Shown here: positions 1 through 11,030 of the stretch, piece by piece
Layout of the letters: every line of letters starts with the position of its first letter
Numbering within the stretch: the stretch's first letter is position 1
From: Lingula anatina
Lineage: Eukaryota; Animalia; Brachiopoda
Direction: 5' to 3'
Assembly (NCBI GenBank): GCA_051362555.1
Contig: CM120641.1
Span: forward strand, 30,262,401-30,326,400
Length of the DNA stretch: 64,000 bases
Position numbers and translations under genes: made by a program
The notes under the pieces: model-generated
What the model saw: only the letters and a program-made list of their open reading frames with translations
Told to the model about the DNA's origin: nothing
Database searches by the model: none

Positions 1-1083
1 AGGGTCATCACTGTTAACGTTAAAATGCGAATCTTGATACATAAGTAGATCACAACGAGCATAATCGCACTCGAAACTGCTAAGGAAATCCAAACTAAAA
101 ATTGTTTTGAATTTGATGGAAGCAAAATCTCATTTGCTGCAATAGCATCTGCCATTGAAGAATACATTCTTTCATTGTGTTTTGCTGCTTGAGCTAGTTT
201 TCTTAAATTCAAATGGTCTTTCATATCCTGCGCTAAAAATTTCGAAAAATCTTTTTGGTACATGTGTAATCTGGAAGAATTAGTATCAAGGGGTTGAGAA
301 AAGAAATCATTACGTTGATATTTCTTTATTGGAATAAAAATATTGCTGTAAACCAAGATTAACAGGGTGTAATTTTGTAATTGATGTATCATTCTTGCAA
401 TCATAAACACGCGGAGGCAAATAAAAACTATCTAAGGTTAAACCGCAAAAACATGAGTAATGTATCACACAATATTGACAGCCTGGTTGGGAAGTAGTAC
501 TTGTAGGGCACTCCACTGTTATATCAGTGATATTATATAACAACAATTTTCCTATTGATAATTCGCGCACGTTGGGTTGAACGACATTATGCAGAAAACG
601 GAAATTACAAGTTTCAGTGATAACGTCTGAAGGTGACAAGTCAAAAAATAATGCTGTAACACAGGAGAAATGCGTCGCAGTCCTGAAAGGATACACGAAA
701 GGACATAATTTGACATGATCTCCATGACATTTCTTCCAGGTAGGATTATTCATGGGAAAATAATGTTGTTTATCGTGAGAAATAGCCAAATATTTTGGTA
801 GATCCAGTATTTGTGAAGCGTGGTTTGTAGATTGATTTAAAGGAACGGGGAATGTTTTTACTTCATAAACCTCTAATGTATGGGGATAGGCAGAAATAGG
901 AATTTGTAGGTTAATGAATAATGAATTTTTGTGTTTTCCATATGTAAATTGTCCTCATTGAAATAATATTTAGGATTTAAATAAATAACATGTAGCGGAT
1001 TGATCGATTTCTGTGCTTCCTTTTCAATTTGAATAATAATCTGTTTTAGATGGTCTTGGGAAACCAACAATGGCGATAAGACT
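1..1083 (-). pseudogene. Disrupted env-like (baculovirus F-protein-like) envelope glycoprotein fragment, probably from a Gypsy-type LTR element
   Basis: Minus-strand frames join across frameshifts near 870 and 310: LSPLLVSQDHLKQII..YLNPKYYF, then YEVKTFPVPLNQSTNHASQILDLPKYLAISHDKQHYF, then a Cys-rich ectodomain (CVTALFF..TCNF..GCQYCVIHYSCFC), then a helical segment and a hydrophobic TM (FLVWISLAVSSAIMLVVIYLC) followed by basic residues at the window edge. Family assignment is from recall of similar invertebrate env ORFs. Confidence 0.7.
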
Positions 1084-1259
1084 AAGGTCAAGTAACATAC
1101 CATTACCTAATAAGAGAATGATTATATTTTGGTAATGTAATAATTCCTCAGCTCTTACACAATGTCTATGATTATCCCTTTTTCCGTAACTTTCCATCAT
1201 TACGTCATTACCAAAATATAATCATTCTCTTATTAGGTAATGGTATGTTACTTGACCTT
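1084..1259. repeat. Perfect 54-bp inverted repeat (1084-1137 / 1206-1259), 68-bp spacer
   Basis: aaggtcaagtaacatacc...ttttggtaatg is the exact reverse complement of cattaccaaaa...gttacttgacctt. Confidence 0.95.
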
Positions 1260-1519
1260 GGGTCGCCATTTCTATTAATACGGATTTTTCATTGTATCAT
1301 CCTGAAGGAATGATAACTATACTCCCTTATTCTTTTGTTATTATTGAACAACACATGCACTTTTAACTCTCTTACTTACACTGTTTAACCTCTTAACAAA
1401 TGTATATTGTATCAGTTATGAAAGGTACAATGTATTCATTACGATCACAACTTTGTGTCCGTACTTTTAATCATTTTCATTACGATATACACCCTCTCTT
1501 CAAATAAATTCGATAGTAA

Positions 1520-3560
1520 ATACGATAGTAATACTCACTGCACGTGGCTGTGATGACAATACAATTAAATCTAGGAAACCAATCGATTGAGCAATGAGCG
1601 GATCTGGTTTCATTATCCTTATAAACCCCCCCCCCCCCCCCACACACACACACGCAAACACGCGCGCGCACAAACAGCTTTTGATAATAATAAAAAAAAA
1701 TGAGACTGAAATTTCTTTCAGGTGCGCACGCAAACATTTCAAAAATTGTACGCATAATTCCAAACAAAATATATTAAAAATTTACCACATATCCGATCCT
1801 AGGTTTCACTTGTCGTATACGATGTCCTATGGTGTCCATGAATTGCCCATATGCCCCTACTCGTGGGGCGTCCGCCACTTAACTTCAAGGTCATGTGGGG
1901 AAAATTGTACGTCGCCTGTACCGAACGTAAGCATGCTAGCCCATAGACAACTACAGTACAAAATATACGAAAAATTTGATTTCGATTTCATCGTACTGCG
2001 TCTGTGAAAAATGTAGCCTTGGCTGATAATGATAAGAACGCTGATAATGATAATCTCTCCAGAGGTGATTTCCGACTTTAGTTCTAGATGCTTGTGTGTA
2101 ATTTAATATGGTCCACCAAAATGTTCCTGCTTGTATTTGAATTAATTTGGTTTTCGATTTTATAAATGTCTCAATTAGACCTATTTTAACTTTTTTCCCT
2201 CTTTCGCACGCGTTTTAAACCTCTTAATCTTTCTTGCTACATGTAACCCAAAATATGAGTGGATATTTCAAATGAGCCATATTCCGCAGTTATTATGCTG
2301 TGGGTATTATTTGCTTTTACAGGGCCGTAGCCTGAGCAAAATGCCAGGGGGGCAGTAAGGGGACACGAGGGGGCGAACCCCCCAAGGGGGGAGGGTGTGG
2401 GAAGGGGTGTACCCCTCCCACGGTGTGGAAAATTTTTAAAAACTGTATGTATAATACTGCATTCTGGTGCATTTTAACTGTTATTTATTGCTCAATCAGA
2501 AGTCAGAAATTGTGGGTTCACTTTGCCATAAGTACAGTCATTTTTTCAACACAACACGCCAATTGGACTTTTTGGCATGAACTGAGTTGGCTAAAATCAG
2601 TACACCTTTGTAAACAGATTGTTGATTGATTGTCTAGTGGCCATGAGTGCATTTTCTCACAGAATTGATACCAACTTTGCAATTATTTTCTTTTTACCTT
2701 TGCGATTATTTATTATTATTTTTTTTTTTTGCACCTCAAATCCCAGGTTGGGCAGCTGCCCCCCCCCCCCTGCCCCCCCGGAGGCTACGGCCCTGTTTTA
2801 CAGTACAGAGATTAGCCATCTATTTAACCAGGGACGCATCTTTTAATATCTAGTGAAAAATCAATCTATGGCCCTGGTAGAGGGTAGCCAGAGGCTGCGG
2901 TGTGTTGATTTTGATGCTGTCTCAACCATGATTGTGACGGACTCCACAAATATCAGTCAATTGTGTTAGTGAAGACATAACGCGAGACGGGGAGGGGGAT
3001 GAAAGGTTTACAAAGAAATTACCTAATAAGTCATTGGAAATGACAGTATGCTATTTTAGTTTAAATTAGATGTCGATGAACCATTCAGTAAATGACAATA
3101 TGCTATTTTAGTTTAAATTAGATGTCGACGAACCATTCAATAGAGAAAATTAGATTAAAAGGAAATATGTTGAAGCGGCACAAAAATGATGGAGGGGGAG
3201 GGTATGATGATGGTATAAAAGGTTTGGGAGAGTCGGGGAAATTAAGTTTTGAGTGCGTTGGGGTGTTTACTGATGTCCTTTAACTCTAACACACCAGATA
3301 ATACAAACTTTTACAACTTTTGTCTCTAAAAAACTGTACAGATTAATCTTTTTTACTTATATAACTACCGTATGTTTCTACTATAGTATTTCACAAAGAT
3401 GAACTTTAAAGATGACGTCTATTTAGAAAGAGCGCCATTACTAAAAACGCAGCACTGGAAAATTAACTGGCAAAGCATCAACGCTACGTTACAAATGGAA
3501 CATAAAGTGCCGACAGAATCTACGTGGAGTCAAAGTTTGCTATTTTTGAACAAGCCACAC
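1520..3560 (+). repeat. Segmental duplication copy 1 (paralog of ~60740-63850)
   Basis: Colinear shared blocks: agtaatactcac..cacgtggctgtga; taacttcaaggtcatgtggg..gtaccgaacgtaagcatgctag; ggccctggtagagggtagccagaggctgcggtgtgttg; ggtataaaaggtttgggagagtcggggaaa; tggagtcaaagtttgctatttttgaac. Confidence 0.9.
2320..2795. mobile_element. hAT-like MITE, TIR CAGGGCCGTAGCC, 5-bp TSD TTTTA
   Basis: cagggccgtagcc...ggctacggccctg with tttta on both sides; the empty site ttgcttttacagtacag is present in the paralog at ~63121. Confidence 0.85.
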
Positions 3561-3791
3561 AACGGAGACTGAAATATCGGAGCGCAAAATATGACTTGTT
3601 TTAATTATTGATTAAAAATAGGCTGTTAGTAGAAATTCTTAAAATATTGAATGACTCTAAATGGAATTTAATAAATTTCTTAATTGCTTATTTGATTTTT
3701 CTATATCATTTTGTAAAGTCAGAGTATTTTATAATAGTAAACGGCTAACAACACAATTCTAACCGACGCGTTACTTTCCAAAGCATAAAAA

Positions 3792-3794
<3 letters not shown>

Positions 3795-3837
<43 letters not shown>

Positions 3838-3866
3838 TGCGTGCGTGTGTGTGTGCGCGCGCGCGT
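3795..3866. repeat. (GT)n/(GC)n microsatellite
   Basis: Directly visible. Confidence 0.95.
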
Positions 3867-4650
3867 CGGGGTGGAGGGCATGGGTCTTGCACGGGAATCT
3901 TCCTCTCTGACAATTGTCAATGTTGACAGGGTACGTAATGGTACGGGAGAATATTGAGGAAGTTGAGTTACAACAGGGTTAATGCTACAGTATTTATTCT
4001 CAGAGTCTGTCTCAACATGATTGTGACGGTGCCCATGAATTTCATCATATTGTGCTAGTGAGACAGCGATAAAGCATAGAGGGCGCTGATGTGATAATCT
4101 TTTTTTATAATTTCTCCGGAGTATCACAATAATTTTTTATATATCACAGTGGCTGGACCTTGGTCATATCTGTTGCGATGCCAAACCCCCCTCCCGCCTT
4201 GCACAAGTATCTTGGTCGCAGTCCATTACAAATCCAAAGTGTCACCTCTTGCACAGCGCCATCTACACTCAACAATGTTTACATATGGCGCGTGCAAATG
4301 GTGACGCTGAAAAGCCGGACTTTTCATCAAACGTTCTGTACACTGAGTGTCATCTTCCATCAGGGCACTTTTCTTAGATGGTTTTGTTATATATTCTGTT
4401 GGCAAACTTTATCGGTGAGTTCAGGATAAGACATATGAAGTGAAGAACACACATGGTATCGACTGTGTTAGTTGTGCACTGTTCACATCACGATGCAATG
4501 TAGTACGAAACGCATTAGCACTCCTATTGACCTTGTGTTAGCACACTGTGTTAGTACAGCCAGTACATATCAGAATCGTCAATAGGAGTACTAACGCATG
4601 AATTTTCGTGCTAGATGCAATGTGCTGAGGAAGATTTAACAATGAGCTAC

Positions 4651-7438
4651 TGTTGGAATATGATAACATAATTATCATAATTAATTATGCTGAAATAAAT
4701 CCCAGCATTCCCTGTTCTTCCGGTTTGCTGTTTTGAAGTGAGAAGGCGTGTTTGTTCGTATCTCCTTGAATCCACTTTATTAAAATGACATCCGTCAGTA
4801 GCGCAACAGGTTATGGGCCCCGAGGACGCCTTTTATTCAATGGAGACGAAAAGAAGTACGAACTATGGGAAACCAAATTTTTAGGATATCTGCATCTTCA
4901 AGGATTAAAGCAGACGATTCTGCCGGGAGCGGAGACGCCAGAGGATTTTCACTCCAAAAACGAGACAGCGTATGCAGAGCTCATACAGTGTCTGGACGAC
5001 AGAAGTCTCAGCTTAGTCATGCGTGACGCTGAGAACGACGGAAGGAAGGCTCTTATGTTGTTAAGAGACTATCACTTAGGTAAAGGAAAGCCTAGAGTGA
5101 TAGCGATGTATTCCGAGTTGTCGTCGTTGCAAAAGGAGACTGAGGAGTCGATAACCGACTACATTATTCGTGCTGAAAACGCTGCGGCTGCACTGGATAA
5201 TGCCGGAGAAACTGTAAATGATGCCTTACTAATTGCAATGATTTTGAAAGGACTTCCAGTTGAATATAAAGCATTTTCTGTAGTGTTAGCACAGGGAGAG
5301 AAAGAACTAGACTTTACCCAATTTAAAGTAGCTCTGAAAACTACGATGACACAGAAAAATCACAAACTGATACAAGCAGTAAAGAGAAAGAGACTGTAAT
5401 GAAAGTATCAAGTTCGTCGCGTCATGTGAAACGAAAGGACAGAAAAGGTGTGATTTGTTGGACATGCAATAAAAGAGGACATAAATCGTATGAATGCTGG
5501 GCAGACGAGTCAAAGCAGAGGAACCAAGTGCGTGGAACACATCATGCCTAGGTAATAAACAATGTATCAAATTCTGAAGAAAACTGTAACTTTGTATTCA
5601 AAATGACAGAAAACATGTGTCAAACACCAGGGCATGTTAGTTTTCTTGTGGACTGTGGAGCCACGTCACACATAGTGACAGACAAATCAAAATTCATAGA
5701 ATTTGACAAAAACTTTGACCCAGACAAACACTTTATTGAATTGGCTGATGGAACTAGGACCAATGGCATAGCCCAAGGAAGAGGGAAAGTTAATGTGTCA
5801 CTGACCACTGCTGATGGGAATGTAGCAAACGTGACTTTAGACAATGCATTATATGTCCCAAGTTACAAACAGAACATTTTTTCAGTGCAAGCAGCTACTG
5901 AGAAAGGATGCCAGAGCACCTTCAATTCAGATCATGCGGAAATGATCGCGACAAATGGAACTATCTTTGACATTGAGAAACATGGTCGACTATATTACTT
6001 GTATAGTATCAATGTTAATTCAGAAGTCAAGCATAGCTTAGAAGAGTGGCATAAGGTTTTGGGCCACTGTAATGTTAGAGATATTGAGAAGCTTGAATCA
6101 GTAGTTAAGGACATGAAAATTACTGATAGGAAGTTTAGTGATTGTGAAGTGTGTACGATGGGTAAGATGACACAGCACTTTAGCAGAGTGGCTGATAGTC
6201 GTGCTAAGTGACATTTGAGTTAGTTCACACTGATCTTACTGGTACTGTTACTCCTGTAAGCAAGGAGGGCTACAGATATTGTATTGCATTTGTAGATGAT
6301 TTTTCTGGATGTACTTCAGTGTATTTTCTTAGAAGAAAATCAGATTCTGCAGAAGCCTTGAGAAAATTTATTGCAGACATAGCGCCATATGGCAAGATTA
6401 AACATCTGAGATCAGACGAAGGTACAGAGTTTACTGGAAAAGATTTTCAAGCTGTGTTAGTTGAGAATCGAATAAAGCATGAAATGTCAGCACCATATTT
6501 GCCTCATCAAAATGGTACAGTAGAACGAGAGTGGCGCACTTTATTTGAAATGGCCAGGTGTTTACTGATTGAGGCAGAATTACCCAAGGTAATGTGGGTG
6601 TATGCGGTGATGGCTGCTGCACATATTAGGAATAGATGTTACAACAACCACATTGAAATGACGCCTTTTGAGGCAGTGACGGGTGTTAGACCCAGTGCAA
6701 AAGTAGTTATACAGGGTATTGTTTTTCATTAAGTCAAGATGGACCACTTATTTCGTGGAAAGCTAGGAAACAGCCTACTGTAGCACTCTCAACTTGTGAA
6801 GCTGAGTACATGGCTCTAGCCAGTGCAGTACAAGAGAGTCTGTATCTAAGTCAGTTGATTAAGGGGATTGGAAATAGCACATTTTGTGGAGTTAGTCCTG
6901 TAACAATTTATGAGGATAACCAAGGTGCTATAGCTTTGATTAAGAATCCTGTGAAACATCAAAGATCCAAGCATATTGATGTGAAATACCATTTTGTTCG
7001 TGCAGAATACAACAAGTGTAGTGTTTCTGTGGAATACTGTCCAACCACAGATATGATGGCTGATTTATTCACAAAGCCTGCAAACAAGTTTAAGTTGGAA
7101 AGATTTAAAGATTTCATATTTGGATATTAGATCCTGTAATGCATGACAATTGTAAATTCTTGTAATACTGAACAGAGACATTTAATGTAAATGAGAAATG
7201 CAAAGAGACTTGGTGCATTTGTAATTGTTGCAAGAATGTAGATGTTGTGTAAGTTCTGAAATTATGCTATCAAGTGGGGGTGTTGGAATATGATAACATA
7301 ATTATCATAATTAATTATGCTGAAATAAATCCCAGCATTCCCTGTTCTTCCGGTTTGCTGTTTTGAAGTGAAAAGGCGTGTTTGTTCGTATCTCCTTGAA
7401 TCCACTTTATTAAAATGACATCCGTCAGTAGCACAACA
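4651..7438 (+). mobile_element. Ty1/Copia LTR retrotransposon, internally deleted (no RT)
   Basis: TG..CA LTRs at 4651-4808 and 7281-7438 (158 bp, 2 mismatches), TSD GCTAC on both sides, PBS GGTTATGGGCCC at 4809, polypurine tract caagtggggg at 7271-7280. Confidence 0.97.
4785..7130 (+). pseudogene. Copia gag-pol: Gag, CCHC knuckle, protease, integrase, RNase H; RT missing
   Basis: Gag LLFNGDEKKYELWETKF; CWTCNKRGHKSYEC at ~5457-5498; protease LVDCGATSH; WHKVLGHCN..CEVC; integrase VHTDL..FVDDFS..LRSDEGTEF..QNGTVER; RNase H ISWKARKQPTVALSTCEAEYMAL..IYEDNQGAI..KHIDVKYHF..ADLFTK. Frameshifts at ~5340 and ~6208, in-frame TAG at 5549, deletion junction at ~6700. Confidence 0.95.
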
Positions 7439-7905
7439 GCTACATAGCACGAAATTGCCAAAAGTAATTTTTGATTTGCATTCATTGTACATATTCATAG
7501 TAATCTTTAGGCATTTCCCACTTATTTGGTCACTAAATAATTTTCTCCATAATCCCATTCTCTATATTTTATCGAAGGCGGATTTAAAATCTATAAAAGC
7601 ACAATATAACTTCTTCTTTTTTAAGAATGATAATTCAGTCAAAGAGTACAAAGTAAAGATATTATCGGCTTTTGAATAATTAGCTATAAATCTGCTTTGA
7701 TTCTCCTTTAATATATCTGTGCTATCTGAGTAAGTAGTTAGCCTTTTGCTCAGAATCGATGTGAACACCTTGGCTAAACTACTTAACAAGGAAATAGGCC
7801 TGTAGTTTTATGGTTCATGAGCTAATCCTTTATTTTTATATAATGGCTTAATGGGTCCATTAAGCCATGCATCTGGTACAATTCCAGAATCAAATACTAC
7901 ATTAA

Positions 7906-8074
7906 CAGGGGTGGATCCAGAGATGTTTTCTGACAGTTTTCCAAATTAACTTTGTTGATCCATCCTCCATTTTTGACCATCTTCCGACAAAAAAAAATTA
8001 GATACCTATCAATAAAAACTTGAAAATCTGACCGTCTTCCGGAAGACCCAGAAGACAGCCTGAATCCACTCCTG
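7906..8074. mobile_element. hAT-like MITE, TIR CAGG(G/A)GTGGAT(C/T)CAG, 5-bp TSD ATTAA
   Basis: caggggtggatccag...ctgaatccactcctg flanked by attaa; it splits the LINE RT frame. Confidence 0.85.
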
Positions 8075-8278
8075 ATTAAATATAATGGTGCCATAATATG
8101 TATAGATGATTTTATGTATTCATTTAGCAAGTGTCTGGCCTGGGTGACTTATTATTTCTGAGTAATTTCACAGTATTTACAACTTCATAGAGCGATATAG
8201 GTTCATTGAACTATAATCAAAGATCTGGTCAGCATCTATAAAAAGTAAATCTGTTTCATAATTAGCATTAACCTTCAT

Positions 8279-8835
8279 AACTAGAAAAGCACTCAGAGAC
8301 CGCAGACCTCCGCCAAGGCAGCAAAGTCTCCATCCAATGCCATTTCACCCCTAAATTTTTGATATTTTTGATTATTGGTTATTGATCCGGCTCACCACCA
8401 AAAACTAATCATCTGTTCCTTGGCCCACTTCTGACAGTTCCAGAAAATTTCATCAAAATCGGTCCATAACTTAGTTTTTTGATTATTGATTGATTATTGA
8501 TCCTGATCACCCCCAAAACTAATCACTTCTAAGTTAACCCATTTCTGACCTACCCTGAAAATTCCATCAAAATTCATCCACAATTTTTTGAGCTATGTTG
8601 ATGACAAACAGACAGACAGCAGGCCCGTAGCCAGCAATTTCAAAAGGGGGGTTCTTTTTCTGAAAAAGTGGACCTTTTCCCATAAAAACTTCATGTACCT
8701 AGATCAAATCTTACCCAGAGTTTCCCAGCAAAAGGGACGGTTCTTTTGAACCCCCCGAACCCCCCTGGCTACGGGCCTGGACAGACAGACAAACAAACAG
8801 GGGTGAAAACATAACGTCCTTGGCGGAGGTAAAAA
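8279..8835. mobile_element. Non-autonomous Helentron-associated (HINE/DINE-like) element
   Basis: Terminal actag, subterminal IR acctccgccaagg (8306) / ccttggcggaggt (8818), GACA microsatellite, insertion at an AA/TT site with no TSD. Confidence 0.8.
8620..8779. mobile_element. hAT-like MITE, TIR CAGGCCCGTAGCCAG, TSD GACAG
   Basis: caggcccgtagccag...ctggctacgggcctg inside the GACA repeat of the HINE, so the TSD could be 5 or 9 bp. A right-end remnant of the same family lies at ~53670-53733. Confidence 0.85.
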
Positions 8836-9433
8836 TTATCTACTCCTAGATCTACTGCACCATCACTACAGGACTTTTTTCTTTTACGTTAAACATTTTC
8901 CAATATTCTTTTGGATTTTTTACTTCTCATATTCTTAATTTTATTGTGTAATTGGTATCTATAGTTAGTAAAAGATTTATTCATTACAGTTTTATAATGT
9001 TTCTGGGCATCAAGAACCCCTTGTTTAAATAAAGTGGATCCATATTTCTTATATTTACAATAACATTTACAGTACTCCTTACGTGCGATACAGCACTCAT
9101 TGCCAAACCACTCTTTATTCTTTTTTTGGGGGAAATTTAGTTTTATTGTTGTTATATCTATAAGATCCAAATATTTTCTTAGCTGAACTCGACAATATTT
9201 CAGCAGTCTTATCAAAAATTGAATCAATTTCCTTTTTCTCCACACTGCCAAGATCCAATCTCTCAATAACATTTTGTACATCAATAATGCAAGCTAAGTT
9301 AATGTTTCTATTATATTCGTTGGCTTTATCAGTTTGCCATGGTTTAATTCTTTCTATGTGTTCACCCACATCTATATTACCCTCTAGAGTACACTTTTTT
9401 GTCTTTTCCAGTCCATCATCTGTCCATCATCAT

Positions 9434-10300
9434 CTGCCACAATGGTACACAATGACTCCAGACTACTACACTGTACTAGCAGGCACAGGACTATACTGCC
9501 ACAATGGTACACAATGACTCCAGACTACTACACTGTACTAGCAGGCACAGGACTATACTGCCACAATGGTACACAATGACTCCAGACTACTACACTGTAC
9601 TAGGAAGCATAGGACTATACTACCACAATGGAACACAATGACTCTGGACTACTACACTGTACTAGGAAGCACAGGACTATCCTACCACAATGGAACACAA
9701 TGATTCTGGACTACTACACTGTCCTAGCAGGCACAGGACTATACTACCACAATGGAACACAATGACTCTGGACTACTACACTGTACTAGGAAGCACAGGA
9801 CTATCCTACCACAATGGAACACAATGACTCTGGACTACTACACTGTCCTAGCAGGCACAGGACTATACTACCACAATGGAACACAATGACTCCAGACAAC
9901 TACACTGTCCTAGCAGGCACAGGACTATACTGCCACAATGGAACACAATGACTCCAGGCTACTACACTGTCCTAGCAGGCACAGGTCTATACTGCCACAA
10001 TGGAACACAGTGACTCCAGGCTACTACACTGTCCTAGCAGGCACAGGACTATACTACCACAATGGAACACAATGACTCCAGACTACTACACTGAACTAGC
10101 AGGCACAGGACTATACTACCACAATGGAACACAATGACTCAAGACTACTACACTGTACTAGCAGGCACAGGACTATGCTGCCACAATGGAACACAATGAC
10201 CCCAGACTTCTACACCGTACTAGGATACACAGGACTATACTGCCACAATGGAACACAACGACTCAAGACTACTACACTGTACTAGGAGACACAGGACTAC
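9434..10300. repeat. 62-bp minisatellite, about 14 copies
   Basis: Unit ctgccacaatgg(t/a)acacaatgactccagactactacactgtactagcaggcacaggactata; period 9435 to 9497. Confidence 0.95.
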
Positions 10301-10779
10301 TGAACTTCACATGTAACAGACAAACAAAATGATGGATGCAGCAATTTTCAAGACAGTCAAATAACAATATGAGTTTCATGAATCAAATTTTCTTACCTCC
10401 CTATGTAGGGACATTAGCTTTTTCCGTATTATTTGTTTTACTTTAAGTTTACTAATTGGCTTTGTTTGGCAAAGAAGCAGGTTACTTTTGAAAATTGGCA
10501 CAATCTATTTACATTTATTATTCCTGTTTTTTGGAACTACTTATGGTGATGTTTACCCTGTAACTGCCAAACCTTATTTTTGTTTTATATTAAGTTTACT
10601 GAGTGGATTTGTTTGGTAAAGAGGCAGGTTGCTTTCAAAAAGCGGCCTGATTGGTTTACATTTACGGTAATTGTTCTGTTTTATTTTTGTTTGAATATTT
10701 TATCTTTCACACATTAGCATTTTCAGTGTCTTTTATAGCCCATGAAACTGAATTACTTGCTAGTTTTTCACTATCCATG

Positions 10780-11030
10780 TTACTGGCAGCATATCTTAGT
10801 ACTCACTCTTTGATGTTTTTAACATGTTTTCATTGCTGGAAATTGTGGATAGCCTCATTTATTGAGTTCAATATAGCATTGATGACACTTTCTGAGTGGT
10901 TAGATTTGCAGTGAATATACAGTTTTACTGTATTAGGTTTTTTGTATGGTCCAAAATATGTCTTTTAGGTTAAAGGTCCCATCTAAGAGGTTAACAGAGT
11001 TGTATGAGATGTTGGTGACCTTTGTTTATA
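10780..11030 (-). mobile_element. Highly degenerate Penelope-like RT C-terminal relic
   Basis: Minus strand reads NSVNLLDGTFNLK..PYKKPNTVKLYIHCKSNHSESVINAILNSIN, resembling the PLE motif VNFLDVTFNL..PYRKPN..LYI...SNHP. Confidence 0.5.

Larger units (their letters stand above)
7450..9400 (-). mobile_element. Degenerate non-LTR retrotransposon ORF2 fragment (linker plus N-terminal RT; RTE-X/L2-like), interrupted by younger inserts
   Basis: KEWFGNECCIARKEY; LNEYIK; DSGIVPDAWLNGPIKPLYKNKG; LSSLAKVFTSILSKRL..LKENQSRF; LYCAFIDFKSAFDKI; GLWRKL..ISGKCLKITMNMY. Clade uncertain. Confidence 0.85.
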
